The position numbers and the translations under genes are program-made. Source: a virus. From it: DNA of 64,000 nt. The notes below the pieces were generated by a model. The model saw only the letters and a list, made by a program, of their open reading frames with translations, was not told the origin of the DNA and made no database searches. Location: IMG/VR virus record IMGVR_UViG_3300032294_002710, positions 70,853-134,852 of that record. One strand, given 5' to 3'. This document shows, piece after piece, positions 10,291-21,141 of this stretch. Position 1 is the stretch's first letter; every line of letters begins with the position of its first letter.

Positions 10291-12596
10291 TAAGAAAATA
10301 TTCAAATTTTAGATACTTTTTTTTATTGGAATCACTTTTAAAAGTGGATCCTGAATTTCTTAATTTATTGAAAGATACTTCCTCAAAAGATCCAATCGCT
10401 AAAATGTTATTAGGATTAATTGATCAGGATATCACTACAAATGTTAATTACTTAAAACCATCTGATAAGAATGATGATGTTAAATTTGTTAATGATACAC
10501 AAGTAAAAAGATTTTTAGATGCTGGTCAAGATCCTTTTGATAGAGCTACAAATAGTGCTAAAATTGGTAGAACAGTTAGACAAATATTAACCGCTAATAA
10601 AATAAGTTTCACAGACCAGCAAATTGAAAAGTTTGTAAACACTTATAAAAATTCTTGGGATAGAAAATATAAAAAAACAGGTGAAGGTCTTCACTTAATA
10701 TCAGGTGAGGAAATTAGACATTGGTATCTTGAAAGTACATATGTTCCAGGTGGTGGGACTCTCAATAACTCTTGTATGAGATATCAAGAAACTCAGGAAT
10801 TTTTAAATATTTATACTGAGAATCCAGATACTTGTCAATTACTAATTCTCGTTGATGATAAGAATAGATTATTAGGTAGAGCACTACTTTGGAAGTTAAT
10901 AGATGGTACTGGTAAGTCACCTTACTTTTTGGACAGAATCTATACAAGATTTGATAGTGACGCTGAAAAATTTGCTGATTGGTTTAGAGATTTTATAAAG
11001 GCAAAAGATGACAATTTTAGCGCACATTTTCTTGGTAGAACACACGGCTGTAGAGTTCAATTGAAAAAATGGAAATTTAAACTTTATCCATATATGGATA
11101 CCTTTGCTATATTAGACTACAATGACGGTATTTTACTTACATATGATGGTGAGGATAGAAAAAGGATTCAATATCATATTCAAAATACTGGTGGTTATCC
11201 AAATGTACCAGGTCATAATTGGTCAGAAAAACATCAAATGTGGATTCTTTCTAGTGAGGCTATTTGGATTGGTGATTTAGATGATTATGTCCTAAAATCA
11301 GATTGTGTTAAGAATTATAAAGATGAATTTATTTATAAAGAATTTGCGGTTTATTCTGAATTCTACAAATCCTATATTAATAAGATTACTGCTGTTGAAG
11401 AAGAAGGATTTGGATTAGTTGATAGTGATGATGTTTGCTATGTTTATGATAGTATTGAGAATGGAAAACCCGCTAAAAAGAAAAAGTATTTGTACTCACT
11501 TTTAGGAGATTCTGAGTATGGGAAAGTAGAAAGTGGATGGATTGATTATTGGATAAATAAAAAATATTTAACTTATGACTGCTATTCAAATGAGTTTTTA
11601 ATTTTAAAAGATGATATGTTTGAAGAGTATGAGAAATTATATCCTATTAAAAAGCAAGATTTTGATAAAATTGATGAAGAAAGTAAATGGTTTAAGGGTG
11701 TTGATCTATACTATGACTCATTTGGTATAAGTGATCTTTATACTAGAACACCATTAGTTCTGCATTTCTATGACTCTACTAAAGAAGAAAGAAGATATCT
11801 TTTACCAGAATCATTTATGAATGCCTTTGAATTTAAAAAAGTGGATAATTTTTTGGTGATAAGAAAATCTACCTTTTTAACAGGATTTAAGCAAATGTGT
11901 TATGACTACACTTTAGATTTTTTAAAGAAGATAGGAGTGAGTAGTCCGGAAATGTTAGATAAGTTAAAAGATATCAATGATGAGTTAACTAGTAGGTCTA
12001 GTGATTATCGAACTTTAAATAAAAATTATATGGAAATGAAAAAGTGTGGCAGTTACAAGGAGCTTTTTAACTCTAAGATTGCTGAACTATTTAATAGAAA
12101 TAAAATTTTAGAAAATTTAGGAAGTGAAGAATCTATAAATAAATTTATTACATTTTTAAAAGAAAATCGACACAGTTTTTCATTTTACACTAACTATGAG
12201 GGGTCTGATTCGCGAGTACGAGATGAACTAATTGAGGTCAATTATATAGATGAGGATATTAGTCAAAAAATTTCTAAGTTCATTGAAACATTTAAAAAAC
12301 AAATAATTTTCTCTGCATATTGGTATGTACTTATAAATGATATGGATTATGTTCAAGAATTATTGAGTAGATATTGTGAACAGAATAAATTGCAACAATC
12401 TCCTACGTTAGTTAAGTATTATGTTAGGTATGATGATGTTGGTGCAAATTTCGCGGAAAGTGTCGCTTCTGCTAGAAGTGATTTTGGTGATATGTATGAT
12501 TACAGAAAGATTTGTACTGAACAAAATATAAGCAGGAATACTTGGACTAAAAATAGCGAAGATGTTTATAATGATTTTCTATCGAGGTTAAAATAA
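10287..12596 (+). CDS. Conserved phage protein, paralog of 8256
   Basis: KIGRTVR, IEKFVNTYK, NSCMR, GRALLWK, DRIY, PYMDTF. Confidence 0.75.
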   Translation: MIRKYSNFRYFFLLESLLKVDPEFLNLLKDTSSKDPIAKMLLGLIDQDITTNVNYLKPSDKNDDVKFVNDTQVKRFLDAGQDPFDRATNSAKIGRTVRQILTANKISFTDQQIEKFVNTYKNSWDRKYKKTGEGLHLISGEEIRHWYLESTYVPGGGTLNNSCMRYQETQEFLNIYTENPDTCQLLILVDDKNRLLGRALLWKLIDGTGKSPYFLDRIYTRFDSDAEKFADWFRDFIKAKDDNFSAHFLGRTHGCRVQLKKWKFKLYPYMDTFAILDYNDGILLTYDGEDRKRIQYHIQNTGGYPNVPGHNWSEKHQMWILSSEAIWIGDLDDYVLKSDCVKNYKDEFIYKEFAVYSEFYKSYINKITAVEEEGFGLVDSDDVCYVYDSIENGKPAKKKKYLYSLLGDSEYGKVESGWIDYWINKKYLTYDCYSNEFLILKDDMFEEYEKLYPIKKQDFDKIDEESKWFKGVDLYYDSFGISDLYTRTPLVLHFYDSTKEERRYLLPESFMNAFEFKKVDNFLVIRKSTFLTGFKQMCYDYTLDFLKKIGVSSPEMLDKLKDINDELTSRSSDYRTLNKNYMEMKKCGSYKELFNSKIAELFNRNKILENLGSEESINKFITFLKENRHSFSFYTNYEGSDSRVRDELIEVNYIDEDISQKISKFIETFKKQIIFSAYWYVLINDMDYVQELLSRYCEQNKLQQSPTLVKYYVRYDDVGANFAESVASARSDFGDMYDYRKICTEQNISRNTWTKNSEDVYNDFLSRLK

Positions 12597-12656
12597 GAAA
12601 AAAGTAGCAAACAATAAAATATATTTTCACTATAAAATCAAAATATATTAAACTGT

Positions 12657-13985
12657 ATGACCTCGTCATTAGAAAAAGTTTTTTTTAACTACATATTAAA
12701 GAATAAGAAGTATTTTGAAATTATAAGACCGTATTTTTTTAGGAATTCTGAAATTCAATTTGTATTCGGTATAATCCGTGAATACATGACTAAAAATTCA
12801 GATGCTCAAATACCAACACCGAGACAAATTCTCGATATGGTTACTCTCGAAGATAAAGAAGGAATAATAACAAAAGAAATTTTAAAGTCTCTATTAACAG
12901 ATAATCTAAAAGATTATGATGAAAAGAATTTCATTGAACCTAAGTTTAACGCCTGGATTCTATCAAATAGAATTAAAGCAGGTACTGTAGATATTATCGA
13001 TGAAACAAGAAATTTTGATAATATATCTGATTTTGAATCTGCTATAGAAAGAGCAAATAAAATAAGAGCAATCGTTGATGAGATGTCATCAACAAATTTT
13101 GTTGATGATGATGATTTAGGATCTGATTTTGATGAACCTGAACTTCACGTACAAGATAGTTCAAGGTTTAAAGTTAAGTCCGGGTTCGAAACTATTGATC
13201 ATATTTTAGGTGGTGGATGGGATATTGGTACACTAAATTGTGTAATGGCTGAGACTAATAATGGTAAATCACTATGGATGCAAAACTTTGCAGTAAAAAC
13301 TGCTGATGCTGGTGCTAATGTCTTATACATCACTCTTGAAATGAGTGAGAGAAAAGTTCTTAAAAGATTGGGTTCAATGCGTTTAAGAATTCCAATTAAT
13401 GATTATGATACAGTCAGTAAAGATACTGAATTAATAAGAAAAAAGATTAAGTCTCTCGGTTCGATGAAAGAAGGTGGTGATTTATTTTCTAATAAAGTTG
13501 GTAAAATTTATACAAAGTTCTGGGCCGCTGGAACTGCTACTATAAATGAATTTGATAATTATGTTCAAAAAATTAATCAAAAAAAGGGAATTAAATTTGA
13601 CATGATTATTGTTGATTATATCACACTTGTTGCACCGGTTAAAGGTGCTGGTGATAATCTCTATACAAAAGGTAAACACTTGGCTGAGGGTCTAAGAGCT
13701 TTAGGTGCTAAATATAAATGTCCAATTATTACGGGAGTACAGGTGGCAAAGGATGCATGGAATGCATCTGATATAACTTTAGAAAGTGTGCCAGAATCTA
13801 AAGCAATTGCTGAAACTGCGGACACTTTTTTTGCTATAATAAGAACTGAGGAAATGAAACGATTAAATCTCTACAGATTTAAGTTATTAAAGCAAAGAGA
13901 TGGAGACTTTCTAAAGAGTCAAATAAAACTGACTCTCAACCCTACATACTTGACATTGGAAAATGATCAATTTGTAGATTCTTAA
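12657..13985 (+). CDS. Replicative DNA helicase (DnaB / T4 gp41-like)
   Basis: Walker A AETNNGKS, YITLEMSE, IIVDYI, KQRDG. Confidence 0.9.
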   Translation: MTSSLEKVFFNYILKNKKYFEIIRPYFFRNSEIQFVFGIIREYMTKNSDAQIPTPRQILDMVTLEDKEGIITKEILKSLLTDNLKDYDEKNFIEPKFNAWILSNRIKAGTVDIIDETRNFDNISDFESAIERANKIRAIVDEMSSTNFVDDDDLGSDFDEPELHVQDSSRFKVKSGFETIDHILGGGWDIGTLNCVMAETNNGKSLWMQNFAVKTADAGANVLYITLEMSERKVLKRLGSMRLRIPINDYDTVSKDTELIRKKIKSLGSMKEGGDLFSNKVGKIYTKFWAAGTATINEFDNYVQKINQKKGIKFDMIIVDYITLVAPVKGAGDNLYTKGKHLAEGLRALGAKYKCPIITGVQVAKDAWNASDITLESVPESKAIAETADTFFAIIRTEEMKRLNLYRFKLLKQRDGDFLKSQIKLTLNPTYLTLENDQFVDS

Positions 13986-14000
13986 AAAATAATTATAAAG

Positions 14001-14936
14001 ATGCCAAAGAAGAAAAAATATGAAGAAGAAGAAGATTTTGAAAACTTTGATGAGTTGGAAAATGAATCTAGCTTTGATGAAGTTGTAGATGATGATAAGT
14101 CTGATGATCTTGATAGCTCAGAAGTAGAGGACATTTTAGGTGATGATGACGGTGACTTAGATATAGTAATTGAGATATCTGAAGATCCTATTGATGAAGA
14201 AGCACCTAAAGATGAAGATGTTGTTTTATCAAAGCACAAGGTACAAGGCAAGCACTCCTTAAAGTATGACTCTATTTTTAAGGGTAAAAAAGAGGAAAAG
14301 CCAGATGAAGATGGTGGAGATCAAACAGCTATGTATTTCAATGAAAAATTTGAAGTAGATAAGTCATCATTTTTCTATGTTGAGTCTTATGATAACGAGT
14401 ATTATATTAGACAAAAAAATGTTAAAGAGAAGGTTTATAATGTTCTTCTTCAACATACTAATATAAATTTTCTTAATAATAGAAGAAAACCATCAAAATC
14501 GGATTTTAATCACTACTATTATTTACTCAAGGCGAATTTAGACCAAGATGGTTTTACTAATATTGAATTATTTAATGAATTATCTGTTTATTTTTCTGAT
14601 AACCTATTCAACATGTTTAAGCTATTGGATAATAAGTGGAGAAATTTAATAATTATTGAATTACAAGATCACATAGGCAAAAATACAAATGCTAAAGATA
14701 TAACTAATAGAAATATTTATGTTGGTACCGAGTTAGAGTTTTTACAATTAGACGCACTTGGAAACCAGAAGACATTTACTGGCGTTGTACTTGAAGCATA
14801 CTATTCCGAATCTGTTTTTAAAATAGATTCTTATGAGAATGTGTATGAAGTTCATATATCTTCAATAACAAGAATATTAAATAATTCAAAATTTAAGTAT
14901 AATTTAAATAAATTAAATAATATTGATTTTTTATAA
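14001..14936 (+). CDS. Hypothetical protein, acidic N-terminus
   Basis: 311-aa ORF. Confidence 0.7.
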   Translation: MPKKKKYEEEEDFENFDELENESSFDEVVDDDKSDDLDSSEVEDILGDDDGDLDIVIEISEDPIDEEAPKDEDVVLSKHKVQGKHSLKYDSIFKGKKEEKPDEDGGDQTAMYFNEKFEVDKSSFFYVESYDNEYYIRQKNVKEKVYNVLLQHTNINFLNNRRKPSKSDFNHYYYLLKANLDQDGFTNIELFNELSVYFSDNLFNMFKLLDNKWRNLIIIELQDHIGKNTNAKDITNRNIYVGTELEFLQLDALGNQKTFTGVVLEAYYSESVFKIDSYENVYEVHISSITRILNNSKFKYNLNKLNNIDFL

Positions 14937-15010
14937 TTTTCCAAAAAAGGTATTTTAATATGAAAAGTCATAACAATATATAAATTTCTAAAAAATAAAA
15001 ACATACTAAT

Positions 15011-17329
15011 ATGCAAGAAATGATATCGAAAGATGTTAAAAGATCCACTCGTAGCAATGAGTTGAGTGTCAAGAAGAGAAATGGTCAAACTGAAGTTTTT
15101 GAAGCTGAAAAAATTAATAAAGTATTAATTTGGGCAACATCAGGAATAAGTGGTGTTTCCGCATCTGATGTGGCGATGAATTCACATCTACAATTCTATC
15201 CAGGAATAAAGACATCTGAAATACACAAAGTCTTGATTCAATCAGCAGTTGATTTGATTTCAGACAAAAATCCAAACTATCAATATGTTGCTTCAAATCT
15301 ATTGAATTACTTACTTCGTAAAGAAGTTTTTGAAACAAAGAAGGAACTACCTTCTCTATTTGAATGTATTAATAGAAATATTAAAGTGGATTTATATGAC
15401 TCTTTGATACTTGATAAGTACACTCAAGAAGAAATTGCTAAGTGTGATTCGTATATCAAACATGAAAGAGATTATGATTTGACATATGCTGGTCTTCAAC
15501 AATTGATTGATAAATATCTTGTTAAAGATAGAAGCACCGGTAAATCTTATGAGACTCCACAGTTTTGTTTTATGATGATTGCTATGACTGTTTTTGCAGA
15601 TTATGATAAATCTACAAGAATGGATTTTGTAAAAGAATTATATGATATGATTTCTGAACATAAGATTTCTTTACCAACACCAATTATGGCTGGTATTAGA
15701 ACACCAAATCGTCAGTTTTCAAGTTGTACACTAATCGAAGTTGGTGATTCATTAGATTCTATATTTCATGGTAATGTTGCAATTGGTCAGTATGTTGCTA
15801 AAAGAGCTGGTATTGGAATTAATGCTGGTCAAATTAGAGCACTTGGCTCAAAGGTTCGTAATGGTGAAGTAGTACACACTGGGGTTATTCCATTTTTTAA
15901 GATGTTTCAATCAACTTTACACTCTTGTTCCCAAGGTGGTATTCGCAAAGGGTCGGCAACTCTTTATTTTCCTTGGTGGCATAAAGAAATCGAGGATGTT
16001 CTTGTATTGAAAAACAATAAAGGCACTGACGATAATCGTGTAAGACACATGGACTATGGAATTCAATTTGAGAAAACTTTTTACAGTCGATTTATTTCAA
16101 ATGGTGATATTGCACTTTTTTCACCTTCTGATGTTCCTGGACTTTATGATGTATTTGGTCTCCCAGAATTTGAAGAGCTATATTTAAAATATGAGGCAGA
16201 TAAAAAAATCCCTAAGACGATTATTAAAGCGAGAGATTTAATGAACTCTTTTGCACAAGAAAGAATCGGAACTGGTCGTATGTATGTTATGAACATAGAT
16301 AACGCTAATACTAATTCACCTTTTATTGAAAGATTGAAAATGTCTAACTTGTGTGTTGAAATTGTTTTACCAACAGCACCAGTTGAAAATATCTATGATA
16401 TCGATAATAAGAAAGAAACCGAACAATACTCAGATGCTGAGATTGCACTCTGTACATTAGCTGCCTTTAACTTGGGTAATATTAAATCCTGGGCAGAACT
16501 TCATAGAGTTGCTGAGTATATTGTTAGAATTCTTGAATATGTAATCGAGAATCAAGATTATCCAATTAATGCGGCTAAGAAAATGTTAAAGCGTCGATCA
16601 GTTGGAGTCGGTGTAACAAACTTTGCATATTGGTTAGCGAAACAAGGAGTTAAATATTCTGATAAAGAAGCACTTTTCTATGTTGATGAGTTGTTTGAAA
16701 ACATTCAGTATTCGTTATTGAAAGCTTCAAATAAATTGGCACAAGAACTTGGAAAATGTGAGTGGTATGATAAGACTACATATTCTCAAGGTGTTTTACC
16801 AATTGATCGTTATAATAAAAATGTTGATGAGTTAGTTAAGAGAGATTACTCTTGTGATTGGGACACATTAAGAAAGGACATTGAAGAATTTGGTTTAAGA
16901 AATTCTGTATTAACAGCTATTATGCCAGCAGAATCTTCAGCAGTTGTTCAAAATGCTACTAATGGAATTGAACCAATTCGTTCACTTGTTATCACTAAGA
17001 AGTCTAAATCTGGACTTGTTAAACAAGTAGCACCTGAATGTATTAAGTTGAAGAATAAGTATGAGATGGCATTTGAAATGCCGGATAATCGTGGATATAC
17101 TAATATCTGTGCTATTATTCAAAAGTGGATCGATCAATCTATATCAGCTAATCATTACTATCAATATTCATCAGATGGTATTTCAATCGGTGGTGTTATT
17201 AAAGATGTGTTATACGCTTATAAGTACGGATTGAAAACATTGTATTACGCTAATACAGATGATAAAAAGACAGACGATCTTTCTCAAATGGGTATGGATG
17301 GTTGTGAATCAGGAGCTTGTTCGATATGA
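15011..17329 (+). CDS. nrdA: Ribonucleotide reductase class Ia alpha subunit
   Basis: ATP cone VKKRNG, SSC, SNLCVEI, LKTLYY, C-terminal CESGAC. Confidence 0.97.
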   Translation: MQEMISKDVKRSTRSNELSVKKRNGQTEVFEAEKINKVLIWATSGISGVSASDVAMNSHLQFYPGIKTSEIHKVLIQSAVDLISDKNPNYQYVASNLLNYLLRKEVFETKKELPSLFECINRNIKVDLYDSLILDKYTQEEIAKCDSYIKHERDYDLTYAGLQQLIDKYLVKDRSTGKSYETPQFCFMMIAMTVFADYDKSTRMDFVKELYDMISEHKISLPTPIMAGIRTPNRQFSSCTLIEVGDSLDSIFHGNVAIGQYVAKRAGIGINAGQIRALGSKVRNGEVVHTGVIPFFKMFQSTLHSCSQGGIRKGSATLYFPWWHKEIEDVLVLKNNKGTDDNRVRHMDYGIQFEKTFYSRFISNGDIALFSPSDVPGLYDVFGLPEFEELYLKYEADKKIPKTIIKARDLMNSFAQERIGTGRMYVMNIDNANTNSPFIERLKMSNLCVEIVLPTAPVENIYDIDNKKETEQYSDAEIALCTLAAFNLGNIKSWAELHRVAEYIVRILEYVIENQDYPINAAKKMLKRRSVGVGVTNFAYWLAKQGVKYSDKEALFYVDELFENIQYSLLKASNKLAQELGKCEWYDKTTYSQGVLPIDRYNKNVDELVKRDYSCDWDTLRKDIEEFGLRNSVLTAIMPAESSAVVQNATNGIEPIRSLVITKKSKSGLVKQVAPECIKLKNKYEMAFEMPDNRGYTNICAIIQKWIDQSISANHYYQYSSDGISIGGVIKDVLYAYKYGLKTLYYANTDDKKTDDLSQMGMDGCESGACSI

Positions 17330-17610
17330 TAAACTGGATTAAAAACTTATTTAAAAGGAAAGAGGAACCAATTGATCCTCTTTCTCCAAACAATTGGTCA
17401 GTTAGTAGAACTAATGGTAGAGTTATTTATAAAATACCAGTTGGTGACCTGAATCCGAAATATGCTCAAAAAACATTAAAAGAATTAATGAATAAATATA
17501 ACGCCCAGATGCCGATTTCAACCAATTACTGGTTTCCAAGTCCTGATATGACTAAAGCTGAAAAGATTGAAAGAATTTTGAATAAAATTCAACCTAAAGA
17601 GGAAAATTAA
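17326..17610 (+). CDS. Mini-protein resembling a T4 gp20-like portal fragment plus C-terminal KAEKIERILNKI helix
   Basis: SRTNGRVIYKIPVGDLNPKYAQKTLKELMNKY..NYWFP resembles recalled gp20 [35 protein letters not shown]; ATGA overlap with nrdA. Confidence 0.55.
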   Translation: MINWIKNLFKRKEEPIDPLSPNNWSVSRTNGRVIYKIPVGDLNPKYAQKTLKELMNKYNAQMPISTNYWFPSPDMTKAEKIERILNKIQPKEEN

Positions 17611-17637
17611 TATAATAAAGACAATAAAATTAAAAAT

Positions 17638-18714
17638 ATGAAATCAATAATTAACTTAAATACAGATTTAGATTTTACAAAAGCACCATTATTCTTTGGT
17701 GGCGATCTATCTTTACAAAGATATGATAAATTCAGATATGAGAAGATTTTCAATATGTTCAAGCAACATATCTCTTATTTCTGGAGGCCTGAAGAAATTA
17801 ACTTATCAAAAGATAAAGCAGATTTTCAGTCATTAACTGAACATGAGAAGTTTATCTTTACTAAAAATTTAGGATATCAAATTCTATTGGACTCTGTTCA
17901 AAGTCGTGGTATTTCTAATCTTTTAGAAGATTGCTCTAACCAAGAAGTAGAATTGTTTGCAAAGACTTGGGAATTCTTTGAGACTATTCACTCTTACTCT
18001 TATACTTATATTATTAAGAATATCTACTCAAATCCAAGTGAAGTATTTGATAATATTTTAAAAGATGAAGAGATTGTAAAAAGAACGACTTCTGTTACAC
18101 ATTACTATGATGAGTTGATTAATTCTATTCCAGATGAATCAGAACACGATAAGAAGAAGAAATTATATTTAACCCTTGTGTCTATTAATATTCTTGAAGG
18201 TATTAGATTTTATGTTTCTTTTGCTTGTTCATACTGTTTTGCACAGAACAAGAAGATGGAAGGTAACGCTAAGATTATCTCATTAATTAATCGTGATGAA
18301 AACTTACACATGGGATTCACTTCTTTCTTATTGAAGACTTTAAAAGAAGAGTGGTCAGAAGGGTTCCAACAAATCGCAACTGAGTGTGAACCTCTTGTTA
18401 TTAAAATGTATGAGGATGCTGCTAAAGAAGAATTAGAGTGGGCTGAGTATTTATTTAAAGATGGTTCAATGATTGGATTGAATGCTGAGATTTTAACTCA
18501 ATATATGAAGTGGTTAACAAATAATCGTATGAAGATTATTGGTTTAGAGCCTCTTTTTGATAAAGTTCAAAATCCAATTTCTTGGATTAATAACTGGACA
18601 TCAGGTTCTACATCTGTTCAAAATGCTCCACAGGAAACAGAAATTGAAACTTATGTAGTTGGTGCTTATAAGCAAGACATTGATGATGAAAGTTATGATG
18701 AATTTAGTTTTTAA
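17638..18714 (+). CDS. nrdB: Ribonucleotide reductase class Ia beta subunit
   Basis: FWRPEE, LDSVQ, ETIHSYSY, EGIRFY, RDENLH, APQETE. Confidence 0.97.
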   Translation: MKSIINLNTDLDFTKAPLFFGGDLSLQRYDKFRYEKIFNMFKQHISYFWRPEEINLSKDKADFQSLTEHEKFIFTKNLGYQILLDSVQSRGISNLLEDCSNQEVELFAKTWEFFETIHSYSYTYIIKNIYSNPSEVFDNILKDEEIVKRTTSVTHYYDELINSIPDESEHDKKKKLYLTLVSINILEGIRFYVSFACSYCFAQNKKMEGNAKIISLINRDENLHMGFTSFLLKTLKEEWSEGFQQIATECEPLVIKMYEDAAKEELEWAEYLFKDGSMIGLNAEILTQYMKWLTNNRMKIIGLEPLFDKVQNPISWINNWTSGSTSVQNAPQETEIETYVVGAYKQDIDDESYDEFSF

Positions 18715-19064
18715 TGAATAAGCAAGAATTAATTAAATATTACAACTATCTCAATACTAATAAAACAGAACTTTTCAATTCTTTTCATAAATTAAAAAAT
18801 GATAGAGAATTGAAATTTTCTGTTTTATTAGAGTCCTTTTACTGTGGTAAAATTGGTGATCTTTCAGATGAATACCTTAATTTGGTCTCAAATATTGAGG
18901 ATGTTGAGTGTCAGATCAATAGTAAGATAGAAAAAATTGATTTAAACTCAGATGATTTTAATCTTCTTAAAGAACAGCTGGAAGATTATGGTGAGTTACT
19001 TGATGAATCTATCGCTTACTGTGAGTATTTAAAATCTGAAGTCGAAAAAATAATAAATACATAA
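18714..19064 (+). CDS. Hypothetical protein
   Basis: 116-aa ORF with coupled stop/start. Confidence 0.65.
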   Translation: MNKQELIKYYNYLNTNKTELFNSFHKLKNDRELKFSVLLESFYCGKIGDLSDEYLNLVSNIEDVECQINSKIEKIDLNSDDFNLLKEQLEDYGELLDESIAYCEYLKSEVEKIINT

Positions 19065-20575
19065 TGGAAAAAAAGTTATTACCTTATTTAGTAGTCATTT
19101 CCGCTCTTTCAGTATCTTTATCAGCGGCATTCTACTCTGTTACTGGTCTTGGTAAAATGTTTTCAGGTGCCAGTATGCAGGTTATGATTATGATGGCATC
19201 TTTAGAGATAGCCAAGTTAGTATTGGCCTCTTTACTTTATCAATATTGGAGTAAATTAAATAGAGCATTAAAGACATATTACTTTGTAGCACTTTTCGTG
19301 TTGATGTCTATTACATCTGCCGGTATATACGGATATCTTTCATCAGCCTATTCTGATACTTTAAATAAAGTTGAAAATATTGATAAACAAGTTAAAGTTC
19401 TTGAAACTAAGAGAGAAATGTTTCAAACTCAGTTAAATGATGCTAGATCTGAAAAAGAACGATTAAATGAAAATATTGCAGAGTTAACAAAAGGCGTATC
19501 TAATAACTTTGTGCAGTCTAAGGATAGAAATGGTAATATTATTACTACTACTTCGGCCGCTAATAGAAAAGTGTATGAAGAACAATTAAAATCATCTCAG
19601 AAAAGACGAGATGATATTCTTCTGGTAGAAACAGCATTAAATGATTCCATAACTAAAATCGATTTGAAAAAATTAGATTTGGAAACAAATACTGATATAG
19701 CCGGTGAGATAGGTCCTTTGAAGTATATTGCTAAGTTAACTGGTAAATCAATGGATGAAGTTATAAACTGGTTTATAATTGCCTTGATGTTAGTATTCGA
19801 TCCTTTAGCTGTTTCACTTGTTGTTGGTGCCAATGTTATTTTTAGAGATAAGAATAAAGAAAAAGAGAAATTAAAACTAAGTGAAGAGATTGATCAAAAG
19901 GTTATAGAGTTTGAGAAGAGAAAGGAAGAAATAAAAGAACTAGAAAGTGATTTTGAGTCAAAGTTATCAGATTTATCTAAGAGGGAAGAGGATATTAATG
20001 AGTTGGAAAAAGTTAGATTGGTAGAATATCAGAGTAAGTTTGATTCTTTAAAGTCTGAATTTGATAATAAAAATCAACAATTAGACGATAGAAGTATTGA
20101 ATTAGATGAATTGGAAAAACAAATGAGCTCTAATTATGAGAACATTTTTAAAGATTTAAAATTAAAACAAGATTCATTTGATTCTTATGTTAAAGAAGAA
20201 AAGGATAAAATTAAATCTTTAAATAAATCCATATCTGAAAAAGAATCGGAATTAAAAGAGTTAGAAAAATCTATAGACGATAGAGTAAACAAAGAGATTG
20301 AAAATGCAAAATTAAAAATGCAAGAAAAGATTAAGGAGATTAATCTTGAAAAGCAAAAAGTTACCGAGATGAAAAAACAGATCTCAAAAGATAAAAAAGA
20401 ATTTGAGGTTGAAAAGGCTAAATTAGAAAAAATGAAAAGTGATGTCAATGAGTCTATTCAGGAACTAATATCATTAGATCAAGAGATAAAATCTTGGGAA
20501 GATGCACATTGGCAAATGAAGAGAACCAAGGGGTATAATGGACCACCACCTCCGCCACCTTCTGCTATTGTGTAA
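19064..20575 (+). CDS. Membrane-anchored coiled-coil protein
   Basis: N-terminal TM helices, EIGPLKY and VFDPLAV motifs, long coiled coil. Confidence 0.75.
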   Translation: MEKKLLPYLVVISALSVSLSAAFYSVTGLGKMFSGASMQVMIMMASLEIAKLVLASLLYQYWSKLNRALKTYYFVALFVLMSITSAGIYGYLSSAYSDTLNKVENIDKQVKVLETKREMFQTQLNDARSEKERLNENIAELTKGVSNNFVQSKDRNGNIITTTSAANRKVYEEQLKSSQKRRDDILLVETALNDSITKIDLKKLDLETNTDIAGEIGPLKYIAKLTGKSMDEVINWFIIALMLVFDPLAVSLVVGANVIFRDKNKEKEKLKLSEEIDQKVIEFEKRKEEIKELESDFESKLSDLSKREEDINELEKVRLVEYQSKFDSLKSEFDNKNQQLDDRSIELDELEKQMSSNYENIFKDLKLKQDSFDSYVKEEKDKIKSLNKSISEKESELKELEKSIDDRVNKEIENAKLKMQEKIKEINLEKQKVTEMKKQISKDKKEFEVEKAKLEKMKSDVNESIQELISLDQEIKSWEDAHWQMKRTKGYNGPPPPPPSAIV

Positions 20576-20713
20576 AAAATCCACACTTAAAAAAATTCAA
20601 ATTTTTGACATCATATATAATAACATCTGAATAATTAAAAATTTTAAAAAATTTTAAACATCAATTTAAACTTTTTAATTTTTAGTTATAAAAGATAAAC
20701 AATCAAAAATAAT

Positions 20714-20781
20714 CCAGTAGTGATTTTGAGGGTTACTTCGTATGGTTAATGAAAAAAACACTCTTGAAAAGTTATCTCTGG
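20714..20781 (+). ncRNA. Y-RNA-like RNA copy A
   Basis: ccag/ctgg closing stem, tagtgat-stem-TTACTTCG motif; upstream of Ro60. Confidence 0.55.
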
Positions 20782-20805
20782 TCAATTATATATTGAATGT
20801 TAATA

Positions 20806-21066
20806 GCAAACATAGCGATAGGTTGAGTTACTTCGAAATACAATTCAATTTAACACAGATCGACTGAGAGCTAATCCAAGCAATCAGGTTTATAGTGAAA
20901 CAATAAGATATAGACAAAAAAGGATAGAATAGTTCACTTAATGGACTCAAGAATTTACTACTTCTTGTAACTAAAGGGTAGGATAAGATGTAAATCCTAA
21001 AGAACATCGGTCCCAGACCTCGAGATGAGGTCCGGACGACACCTCAGTCTAGATTTCCTTGTTTGC
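20806..21066 (+). ncRNA. Y-RNA-like RNA copy B (about 260 nt)
   Basis: gcaaaca/tgtttgc and taggttgag/ctcagtcta stems, tagcgat..TTACTTCG motif, internal hairpins. Confidence 0.6.
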
Positions 21067-21083
21067 GACATTTATATATCAAT

Positions 21084-21120
21084 GACCAGATTTACCAAAA
21101 GTAAATCTGGTCTTTTTTTT
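21084..21120 (+). terminator. Intrinsic terminator between the Y-like RNAs and Ro60
   Basis: gaccagatttac/gtaaatctggtc stem followed by a T8 run. Confidence 0.8.
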
Positions 21121-21141
21121 GAACAAAATTAAAATTAATAT

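Noticed and set aside
15011-18714. Introns, inteins or a homing endonuclease in nrdA/nrdB
   Set aside because: Both have normal length and continuous motifs; the ORF between them is not a nuclease
20580-21140. CRISPR array or replication origin in the long intergenic region
   Set aside because: No regularly spaced direct repeats or iterons; better explained as structured RNAs plus a terminator
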